This document shows, piece by piece, positions 53,721-64,000 of a stretch of DNA of 64,000 bases; the first letter of the stretch is position 1; each line of letters opens with the position of its first letter. The notes under the pieces were generated by a model. That model made no database searches. It worked only from the letters and a program-made list of their open reading frames with translations, and was not told the origin of the DNA. Origin of the DNA: Octopus vulgaris (Eukaryota); NCBI GenBank assembly GCA_951406725.2, contig OX597824.1, forward strand, positions 42,532,001 through 42,596,000, given 5' to 3'. The position numbers were made by a program, and so were the translations under genes.

Positions 53721-54532
53721 TAACATAATGTATTTTGGGTTTTTCTTTTCTCTTTCGCCTCTTCACTTCTCAGCTTTATGTTACAGGTTGGAACAACTTA
53801 GAATGAATGACAGCAACCGACCTATAGACGTTCTTTATGGTCACTCAACCTGCTAGAGATAGCGGCAAAATCCTACATAAATCATATTCTATGGCCTTAA
53901 AACTGGAAGGACACTAGATAACTCATTATTTCATACCCGTAAACATATGGAGTGACCACATTTGGAATATCACAGACATGCTAGATGAGTGCTGACCTAG
54001 GGTAAACAACAACTATAAATCGAAGGATGCTAGTGCTTTCCGTTGTTTCACAGTGAGAGGCTGCCACTTATACTCTCATCTTCTGAGGATTTCCTTGTCT
54101 TACTCTTTTCTCTTAGCTATTTGGATCCAAGCTCCATCTCCATCTCGTTGCTGTGCGTACATTTGCTGGCTTTATAGCCTGGAGGTTCTGGACGATATCG
54201 TGTTAGAAAGAACCTATAGTAGTAGATTGGCTTCCATCCAATAATACATATTGGAGTGTTAACTGTTCTGATGAAGGTCTAACATTTTTTCTTCTTACTA
54301 CCCAGGTTCGGGGCTTGTTAGACCAGTACTCTTGGACTTGGACTTAGACATCTCTTCTAACTATAACTTCTGTTGTGATGTTAATTGTTGCGATTATCGG
54401 TTTTTATTACTCTAGATACTTCTGTTTCGGTTAACCTTCTTCTTATAAAAATACTACCCGAGTGCCTAAATTAAAAACAATTATTACAGCAATGGTTTGA
54501 CAGAATCGTTAGGGCAGGGAAATGGAATCGTA

Positions 54533-54764
54533 AAGACGGCGAGCTGGCAGAAACGTTGGCACGCCGGGCGAAATGTTTAGCAGTATTTCGTCTGTCGCTA
54601 CGTTCTGAGTTCAAATTCCGCCGAGGTCGACTTTGCCTTTTATCCTTTCGGGGTCGATTAAATAAGCTCCAGTTACGCACTGGGTCGATATAATCGACTT
54701 AATCTGTTTGTCTGTCCTTGTTTGTCCTCTATGTGTGTAGCCCCTTGTGGGCAGTAAAGAAATA
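54533..54764 (+). mobile_element. Full-length Meta-like SINE monomer nested in an older SINE head
   Basis: Same sequence as 467-701; AGAATCGTTAGGGCA (54502-54516) and AGAATTGCTAGGGCA (54765-54779) flank it. Confidence 0.85.
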
Positions 54765-55014
54765 AGAATTGCTAGGGCAACGGACAGAAATGCCTTGTGA
54801 TGTTTAGTTACAGCTTCTGCGTTCAGAATTCAAATCCTACCGCGGTGAAAGTTTTCCTTTCATCTTTCAGAAAATGCTAAAATAGGTATCAGTCAATTAC
54901 TGATGATGACGCAATTGGTATTATTACCATTATTTCCAATGTTTTGTTTTCTTTCTCTTCTCATTGATAAAGGCTTACTAGACTGTTTATAGTAATTTAT
55001 TGACATCCCTAATA

Positions 55015-56428
55015 CAGGGTGACACCCCCACCCAAAAAAAAAACCCAGAACTTTTGAAAAAGCCAACGAAAATAGGTTCAAATCCAACAAAAAATTGATT
55101 TGCAAGTATTAAAGTAACAAACCGGCAACTTTTGAAATGCATAATGGCAACCATGTAGTACTGTACATTTGGCAGTACTACTGTACAATGAGCTTCATAC
55201 AGAAACAACTTTGCAATTTAGTAACGATGGACCAATGGAACGGTTAACAGTGTGCTTTCGCCATAAAAATGCTTTACAAAAACAGCGATAGTTTGGAGGG
55301 TGCACCGCGTAAGTTCCAACGTCATCTCAATTTAGGGCGTCGTGGTCAAGTTCCCTCAAAACACGCAATAAAATCGTGGATCAAAATTTTTGAAGAGGCT
55401 GGATTGGTTCTGAAAAAGAAATCTATAGAACGACCAAGTAGTATTCGTGCTCCACACAATACTGAGGCTGTACATGTTTTAGTCTTAAAGAGCCCACATG
55501 GTTCAGTTCATAAGCAAGCAGCTGCAGTAAGGTTGTCTTGAGAGATTATTTGCTGAATTCTCCATTTTAACTTAAAATTTCATCCGTACAAGCTGCAGAT
55601 CGTGCAAGAACTCAAGGAGAATGATAACCAATTGCAATCAGAATTTTCAAAAACATATAGTAAATATAAATGAAAACAACAACCTTTTGAACAAGCTGTG
55701 GATGTCAGATGAGGCCCATATTCATCTCACGGATTATGTGAATAACTATCGTTACTGAGCAGACAGCAACCCTAAAGAACCTCATGAACGCCCTTTACAC
55801 AGCAGCAAAGTGACGGTATGGTGTGCAGTTTCGTCACATGGGGTCATCAGACCTTACTTTTTCGAAAAGGAAGAGGGGATCACAACAACTGTCACTTTGG
55901 ATCGAAATGTAGAGATGCTGTAATCTTTTTTGTACCTGCATTGAATTTTCCGCAACTTCACGATGGTACGACATCGCACAGTACAAGGCAATCAATGGCA
56001 GCTGTGCAAGATTTGTTTGGTAACCGTGGCCTCTAAAGATTTGGCGACATTGACTAGCCCCCAAGATCACCGGATCTGTCCGTTCGAATTTTTTTCTTGT
56101 GGGGGCTACCTTGAGCGTCAGGTCTACACGACTCAGCCAAGGACACTGAAACATAGAGTGAACTGAAACAAAGAATTCAAGACAAAATTCGTAGTATGCC
56201 AACTGAAACATTGCACCAAGCAATGGGGAACCTCAGCAGCAGTTTGACAGATTGACATATATAGAAGAGGATGCCATCTACAGGACGTAATTTTTAGACA
56301 TTAATACTATGATTATTGATTATTAGAAGGTAGGTTGTTTAGTTTCTGTCCATAAAATTTTTGTTGGATTTGGAATTTTCCTATTTTTGTTGGGTCTTTC
56401 AAAAGTTCCCGATTTTTGGATAACCCTG
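55015..56428 (+). mobile_element. Tc1/mariner transposon with long TIRs (DUF4817-type HTH, rosa/DD41D-like), inactive
   Basis: TA|CAGGGT...ACCCTG|TA with ~80-bp imperfect TIRs. Motifs HPYKLQIVQEL, LWMSDEAHIHL, PLHSSKVTVWCAVS and PPRSPDLS..FFLWGYL. Confidence 0.88.
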
Positions 56429-56731
56429 TACAATGAATATAGATTATTTTCAAAACCAGGAATCCTAGCTTCATCATTTATAATATTATTTTGCATAGCA
56501 CAGTATTTGTTCTAGTGATACACTTATATAAACTTCACTATGGAACACTATCTCTCAAATCCCTTCTCACATTTCTGAGACTTTGTAACATTACTAAATT
56601 CCTGAATTATACTTTAGAACATGTTTCCTGCCAGCCGTTTGATACACCACAAAAAATGTCCTCACCAGCTGTATTTAATGCGTTACAACAATATTGAAGT
56701 TATAACAAACAACTCGCTTACAAAAGAGGTA

Positions 56732-56968
56732 CAGTAATACCTCGCCATCTGGCGGTTAGCCTATTGTGGTTCACCTACCGCGGTTTATTATTTAAGCTTA
56801 CGTCGATTCCTCCGTGGTGTTGTTTTACATTCATAATAAAATAGATATATACAAATTATAAAAATAATTTTTTTAAATATACAGTACAGTACTGTTTCTA
56901 CTTCGCAGATTTTCACCTGTCGAGGGGGATTTTGGAACGTAACACCCGCGATAGTTGAGGGATTGCTG
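56732..56968. mobile_element. Tigger/pogo-type MITE
   Basis: TA|CAGTAATACCTCG...GAGGGATTGCTG|TA; internal TACAGTACAGTACTGT. Confidence 0.75.
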
Positions 56969-57292
56969 TAATACATTTCACAACACTTATGGCAGAAAGG
57001 ATTTCCGTCGTTCATCGATGAGAAATGTGTCATTTAATTAACTGAATTACCTGCTCCAGAATTTAAGCGTAAACAGGTTAGCATTCCACAGACACGTATA
57101 CTCTTAAGATGAGTCTCAGGTAATATTAGCGCGATACAGTATGTGGGATAGCTGTACCATCTACAACCAACCTGATGCGATTTTGTATAGTTTCCGTCCA
57201 CCCAATTTGATAAAGTATGGACCGACCTGAGGATACAAAAATTTACATCTGCCGAAGATGCCAAGGAATGAGATTGAACCCAGGTCCTTGAG

Positions 57293-57361
<69 letters not shown>

Positions 57362-57437
57362 TGAAGCCCTAGCAATCCGTTACACCACTTACCTAGTGTA
57401 CCTAATCGTTTAGATCACCTGTAAACTAAACCCCTAT

Positions 57438-57472
<35 letters not shown>

Positions 57473-58151
57473 CGCGCGAGAGAGAGAGAGAGTACATTTT
57501 CCATTATACACTCGACAGCAAATTGTCAGAGTCGTCAAATATTGCCGAAGTCATCTTAAGCTTTCATCCTTGAAAAGATGCAAGTCACAAATAAAATACT
57601 GGTCGACAAAAATGCATCGTGATACGTCTTCTGGCTCTTGATATTTTGAATTTATATTCTGTTCATCATGTTGAAAATTTGAAACTTGAAATTGTTTCAC
57701 TAGGTTAAAATTTTCAAATATGTTGTCAGCATCCTTCCATAGTTGAGCATGTTTCACATGAAACTTTAGAACTTGTCTCATTATGTTTAAGATTCTTCTA
57801 TATCTTTTCCTTTATGTTTTATTTGTTTCATTCAATGGACTGCTGCCATGAAGGGACACCGCTTTTAAGGGTTTAGTCGAACAAATTGACCCATTACTTA
57901 TTTTTAAAACTCGGTACTTATTCTACCGGCCTCTTTTGCCAAACTGCAAAGTTAGCGGAATGTAACCAAAACAACACCACTTGTTAAGCGGTGGAGATGT
58001 GGGACAAGCGTGTTTAGTATGTAACATTAGAATTTGTTTCATTATCTTACAAAGTTCCATTGTCTTTTATTTCTTCCCATAGTTAAGGTTATTTAGTGCG
58101 TAACACCCGAACACAAATCGTGACAAACAGAATAACGTTAGAGGAGATAAG

Positions 58152-58478
58152 TGAGGGCGCGTGGCTTAGTGGTTAGGGCATTCGGCTCATGATCATAAGG
58201 TTGTGAGTTCGATTCCCGGCGACGCGTTGTGTCCTTGAGCAAGACACTTTATTTCACGTTGCTCCAGTCCACTCAGCTGGCAAAAATGAGTTGTACTTGT
58301 ATTTCAAAGGGTCAGCCTTGTCACTCTCTGTGTCACGCTGATTATCCCCGAGAACTACGTTAAGGGTACACGTGTCTGTGGAATGCTCAGCCATTTGCAC
58401 GTTAATTTCACGAGCAAGCTGTTCCGTTGATCGTATCAGCTGGGACCCTCGTCGTCGTAACCGGCGGAGTCTTTTTTT
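58152..58478 (+). mobile_element. Full-length CORE-like tRNA SINE (head B), tail type 3, with 11-bp TSD
   Basis: A-box TGGCTTAGTGG, B-box GAGTTCGATTCC, core TGTGTCCTTGAGCAAGACACTT, ends in T7. AGAGGAGATAA at 58140-58150 and 58481-58491. Confidence 0.9.
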
Positions 58479-58865
58479 AAAGAGGAGATAAAAAGAGGAT
58501 TATTCTTTTTCAATCTCCTCTCATATATTTTTAATCTTGTATGAAACATTGATGCAAAAGTGAAAAACATAGAAAATCGAAAGTTATGTTCCGATTTTTA
58601 ATGTTAAGTTTTCTTCTGTATGTTTACAACGACATTTAAATTTACACGCAAGATTGCGCAAGAAATTTGTTTCGCAATCATGTGGTTCTGAGTTCGATCC
58701 CCACTCTGTGGAACCTTGAAAAACTTTTCCCATAGGTTTGAATTTACCAATATTCTGTCAGTGGACCTGGTGGACACAAATTGTGCAGAAATCCATCCTA
58801 CACACACATACCATTTATATATGCATATATGTGTATGTGCGTATCTGTAGAGCTGATGTATATAG

Positions 58866-59477
58866 TCGAAAAGAAGCTTGCTTACCAACCAGATGGTTCC
58901 GGGTTTAGTCCCACTGCGTTGGCTTCTTGGGCAAGTGTCATCTACAATAATCTCAGGCCGACTAACTCCTTGTGAGTGGATTTGGTAGACGTAAACAGAA
59001 AGAAGCTCGTCGTATATATTTATATATATATATATTCTTTTACTCTTTTACTTGTTTCAGTCATTTGAATGCGGTCATGCTGGAGCATCGCCTTTAGTCA
59101 AGCAAATCGACCCCGGGACTTATTCTTTGTAAGCCCAGTACTTATTCTATCGGTCTCTTTTGCCGAACCGCTAAGTGACGGGGACGTAAACACACCAGCA
59201 TCGGTTGTCAAGCAATGCGAGAGGGACAAACACAGACACACAAACATATACACACACATACACATATATATATATGTCCCATCACCATCGCTTGACAACC
59301 GATGTTGGTGTATTTACGTCCTCGTAACTTAGCGGTTCAGCAAAAGATATATATGGAATACATACTAGACTTACAAAGAATAATTACTGGGGTCTATTCA
59401 TTCGACTAAAAATTCTTCAAGTCGGCACCCCAGCATTGCCGCATATTAACGAGTGAAACAAGAAAAAGGTAGAAAGA
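58866..59477. mobile_element. SINE family A (+) split at its internal microsatellite by an inverted 3' half (59035-59250, -)
   Basis: Head 58866-59013, inverted tail, then direct tail 59277-59477. Confidence 0.75.
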
Positions 59478-59715
59478 TATATACATATATATTCAAATAT
59501 GAACGAGAAGCAACCTGAGGTATATAAACAATATTGAATACACATACACAAGGTATTTCTTTTGCTAGTTCGTGGTCAGGCTGCGATTATAGGCGCAAGA
59601 GAATATACTCTCGTCAATTCACCTGTGTATTTGTGTTCGATTTTGTTTATATACGCTTTTGTGTGTGTGTGTGCGTGTGTGTGTGTGTGTGTGTGTTTGT
59701 GTGTGTGTGTGCGTG

Positions 59716-59760
<45 letters not shown>

Positions 59761-60389
59761 ATGTGTGTGTGTGGATAGGTGTGTGCGTGTATGTGTGTGT
59801 GTGCGTATAGCCAAAATAATGGTTCCTTTTGAACGAAATTCTTTTCAGAACAAAGTCCTCTGCACCGATTTACTGACTCTCCTCTTGTCACGCTTACTCT
59901 CAGAAGTGCAGTCAAGCACTGATTGGTCCATTGGGAATCTATAACCAACAACGCTATTGTTCACCAAACGTGATACATTTTTTGAGTTGCAAAGAGATTA
60001 TGACCTATTAAAAGGGGTGTTTATCTCTCATCTGTTCCTCAAACATTGGTGTAGAAGCAAAATGGCAGGGTAGATATGATGAGATCCCAGAGGGATAAAA
60101 TGCTACAAACTGGTCATCACTCATATTTACTTCATAATGATATCTAACACTTATAGGTAATGAAAAATTTTGGAAGACAAACACAGTGAAATAAATCTAC
60201 CTCTGGATATTACTGGTACTTGGTTTATCGACACTCTTATCCCGGATGAAAGAAATATAAAGTCAACCAAGGCGGGATTTGAAGCTATAATGTACAAGGA
60301 CGTAACAAAGACATGGCATTTTGTTTATCACTTTACTTATTTTATTAATCCACTTCCGTTCCAGCCCTTAGACATAACTGCCTGAAGTC

Positions 60390-60605
60390 TTAGAACTCAT
60401 GGGGCCAGTTACCTCGTTTCCATAGCGTAGGAGTGGCCGAAATCATAACATTCTCACTGAAGGAGATGCCAGTCCGTCGTAGAGATACTCATTTACCACT
60501 GAGCGAACTGGAACAACGTGAAATAAAATGTTTTGTTCAAGAACGCAAGATACTTCCCGGTCCAGGAATCGAAACCACGATATTGCGATCGCGACCACAA
60601 CACTA
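60390..60605 (-). mobile_element. CORE-like SINE (head B), tail type 4, interrupted by a hAT MITE
   Basis: GGAACAACGTGAAATAAAATGTTTTGTTCAAGAAC...GGAATCGAAACC; the remainder of the head resumes at ~61212-61235. Confidence 0.65.
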
Positions 60606-60611
60606 TTATTT

Positions 60612-61211
60612 CAATGGTTCTCACCCGAGGTCCATGTGACCCCTGAGGGTCCTTATAAGATTTTCGGAAGAAAGGGCGCGCAGTAAAATTATAAATTGGG
60701 GATCCGCAATAGTATTTTAAGGGCCCCTGAAAAAACTTTGCTTTAGGTGTATGTGTTGGCATGTTTTGCATGAAACAGCTTCGCTTCTTTCTCTAACATT
60801 TTATATATATTTCTTTACTACCCACAAGGGGCTAAACACAGAGGGGACAAACAAGGACAGACAAAGGGATTAAGTCGGTTACATCGACCCCAGTGCGTAA
60901 CTGGTACTTAATTTATCGACCCCGAAAGGATGAAAAGCAAAGTCGACCTCGGCGGAATTTGAACTCGGAACGTAACGACAGACGAAATACGGCTACGCAT
61001 TTCGCCCGGCGTGCTAACGTTTCTGCCAGCTCGCCGGTTCTAACATTTTATATAATCTAACCAACACAAGTTAATGTGTGAAAAACAAAATAGGACTTTT
61101 GAAAAAAGTTTCTATAAAACTAGTTTTTACCCATCGAATGGCTATGGGGGTTCACCAGAATAAAATAGTAATCAAAAGGGTCCATAGATAAAAAATAGTT
61201 GAGAACTTCTG
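60612..61211. mobile_element. hAT MITE (same family as 2439-2784) containing a SINE
   Basis: CAATGGTTCTCACCC ... GTTGAGAACTTCTG termini; internal sequence is collinear with 2439-2784. Confidence 0.8.
60808..61038 (-). mobile_element. Young Meta-like SINE monomer with 16-bp TSD
   Basis: TCTAACATTTTATATA at 60792-60807 and 61039-61054. Confidence 0.9.
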
Positions 61212-61907
61212 TTCTAATCTCTAGGCTACGCGCTTTTACTCCGCTCAACACTGTATTGCTTATTCTTTCTTTCTCATTCATAGAGTGAGGGTAACAAGAT
61301 TGATAGAAGTAAGAAGTGAATATCCTTGCTTTGGCGATTCGTGTTGCCCATTCCCAAGAGATGGGCAGAAAAGGGATTCCTGTGCTTGGTTAGTATTTCA
61401 TTTAAGGACCTCGAAAGAATAATGAAAAATAGAGTTGGCTTCGGCAGGATTCGATCCCAAGAGCGTAGAGAGCCGAAACAAATATTGTAATGATCTTTAT
61501 CGGGCGTTCTGACTTTTCCGCCGAGTAGACTAACAACAGCAACAACAACAACAATAGAGAACAATTGCTGACTTATCACAAAGCAACACAAAACCGAGAG
61601 CATACGACCATACACACACAACAACAACAACATGTACAACTACACACTGCAGATGACACATAACAAACAAGACACAGAACAGAGAAACAAGATGCACACA
61701 CACACGTACATAAATGCACACGCACTTACACACATACACACAATCATACAAGCATAAACGCACACACACATACACACGCACCACACTCACATACACACAC
61801 ACACGCACACAACACAAATGCACCCAGCACTGTAGAACAACAGACAACAATAAGAAGAAACCAAAAAATAGTTCCACCGAAGGACCATATCATTCAGCTT
61901 GCATTCT

Positions 61908-61921
61908 GTTTCCATAGCAAC
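61908..61921. promoter_or_regulatory. RFX X-box-like motif GTTTCCATAGCAAC
   Basis: Close match to the palindromic RFX consensus GTNRCC-AT-RGYAAC in non-repetitive sequence; no linked gene seen. Confidence 0.35.
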
Positions 61922-62731
61922 CGAGATGCGGGTACTACCCCCATTTAAAAAAAAAACGTTTTTTTTCCCATTTTCTTTATTTTCTATTTTCTTTTTTTTA
62001 ATTAATGAATTACTGCTCTTGTTTTTGTTATTTTTGTTGTTTTTGTTGTTTTTGATAGTTTTACAGTTGTTTTTCTGACAGTATTTGCCTCACTTTGCTC
62101 TCCGTGTTGTTGTTATTGTCAGTATTGTTGCCTCTGTCAGTTGTCCATATGTGCTTGTGTGTCAATGAATGTGTACCAGTGTACACCTCCCTATGTATTC
62201 TCTACGTATGTGCATGTGCGCGCGCGTGTGCCTGTGTGTATGTGTGAGTGTTTGTACGTCGGTCCTATATGTATGTCTGCATCTATGTATAGCTATATGT
62301 CTAAATTTGCGTAAACGTTTATGTTTGTATGTCTGCCTTTATGTATATGTCTCTGTTTGTGCGTATTTTTGTACATAAGTGTCTGTATGAGTATCTGTAT
62401 TACCTGTCTGTATATGTGTGGGTGCGTGTATTTCTATAAATTTGCGTATATGTGTATCTATCTGTATATCTGCATACACCTTTGTATGTGTGTGTATGTA
62501 AAAGTGTATGTGTGTCTGCATGCTTGTTTGTGTGCGTCTGTGCATGTGTACGTCTGTGTGATTGGCTCTTTGTGTGTGTATGTGGCTGCCTCAATGCGTG
62601 CTATATATTTATGAACGTATTTATGTGTGTATCTGTGTGCTTTGTACATGAGGTCAGCATTCGTCCATTAATTAATCCGCCATTACCCAACCCCAACAGA
62701 CTCGGACAAACATTGTCCCTATGCTAAAATA

Positions 62732-62758
62732 TTGTTGTTGCTGTTGTTGTTGTTGTTG

Positions 62759-62817
<59 letters not shown>

Positions 62818-62821
62818 GTTG

Positions 62822-62884
<63 letters not shown>
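62732..62884. repeat. (TTG)n/(TTA)n microsatellite
   Basis: Direct. Confidence 0.95.
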
Positions 62885-62885
<1 letters not shown>

Positions 62886-63330
62886 GCCATTTGGCGGATT
62901 CATGATTTAATTGGAATGCATGTGAAACTGATTTTTCGGCTTTTCCTTTAGAAAAACAAATATTTTTATGTGCGTTGTGTGAAAATTGTCACTGATGGTC
63001 GACAGTTTGATAAGATCTCTGTTTGTCGTTGTTGGGAACTTTTGAAATTATATATTAAATCAGAACTTTGTAAAATGTCAGGAGAACGGAGGGAGAAATG
63101 GAATTAATGCTATGAATGCATGTATCCGTATGTCGGGGTGAATGAATGCGTATGTTTGCGCATACATCTAAGGATGTACACGTGCGCATACAAGTCTGGG
63201 TATACGCACAGGCAAAGCCGACTGGTTAAGAAGCTTGCTCTGTAATCATAAAGTTTTAGGTTTGCTACCAAAATGTGCTATGTTAAGAAAGCGTCTTTAG
63301 CTAAAGTTTCAAGTTGACACAAAAAAATGA

Positions 63331-64000
63331 TGTGCGTATGATGTCTTTTCTAAGCCAACCTAATGTATGGCCGTTAGCGCCTCTGGAGATGGCTAAGGCA
63401 TCATTTCTATATAGTAGACTTTTATCCATCGATATAGAAAATGTTACTTGATAGGGCATTAGTATATGCTAGATGAATTACCGACATAAGTGATAGAGAA
63501 ATAGATATAATTATGCACACCAGGAAAACGCTACTGTTCAGCCAGGATTCAGCCTGAAGACTCCTTTGACGTCGCGATGGGAGGGTACGACAGCGCTGAT
63601 ATTTGCAACCTTATAGGGTTTTACATTCTGGACTCCCTGGGTAATAAATTCCCCTCTGTCCACTTCGGTTTATATGGAGATGATGCCTCAGAGGCGCTAA
63701 CGGCCATACTTTAGATAGGCTTACAAAAGACATCATACACAACCTCAACAACCTTGGCCTTAAAATCACCATAGAGCCTAACCTCACCGTGGTGAACTTC
63801 TAGGATGTCACGCTTGATTTAGATTGTGGCACCTACAGACCATACCGCAAATTGAATGATAGGCTATCATACATTAATACAGCCTCCTGCCACCCACTCA
63901 TAATGCTCAAAAGCCTAATAAAGGGTATCAGTAAACGGATTTCGATCTTATATTCAAATAAAGATATTTTCGACGCGGCGGATCCTACTTACAATGAGGC
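63331..64000 (+). mobile_element. Penelope-like element RT fragment with inverted 5' segment; runs off the window
   Basis: IVDFYPSI; IMHTRKTLLF; FDVAMGGYDSADICNLIGFYIL; GLYGDD; GLKITIEPNLTVVNF*DVTLDL..YRPYRK..YINTASCHP. 63331-63412 is the reverse complement of 63671-63741. Confidence 0.88.

Noticed and set aside
57551-57781. 76-aa non-repetitive ORF as a host exon
   Set aside because: No recognisable homology or clear splice signals, and the length is within chance expectation.
58155-58230. Possible tRNA gene
   Set aside because: A/B boxes are present, but the sequence runs into a SINE body with a TSD; it is a SINE head.

Overview
Repeat-dense, AT-rich eukaryotic DNA with no recognisable intact host gene. 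The SINE families and the very high microsatellite load suggest an octopus or other coleoid cephalopod intron or intergenic region (inference). Almost all supplied ORFs are translations of microsatellites. Identifiable content: many tRNA-derived SINEs, four decayed Tc1/mariner transposons, Tc1-, Tigger- and hAT-type MITEs, a MULE fragment with a 15-bp subterminal array, Helitron-like non-autonomous elements, Tx1 and R4/Dong-type LINE ends, and several Penelope-like element (PLE) fragments. The most notable signal is a dispersed set of type I minimal hammerhead ribozyme motifs in PLE termini and in short palindromic elements next to (TA)n tracts. Their catalytic cores show all four Watson-Crick versions of the 3-8 pair: C3-G8, U3-A8, G3-C8 and A3-U8. 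One copy (34351-34450) looks fully intact. All structures were read by eye, and coordinates of decayed repeats are approximate.
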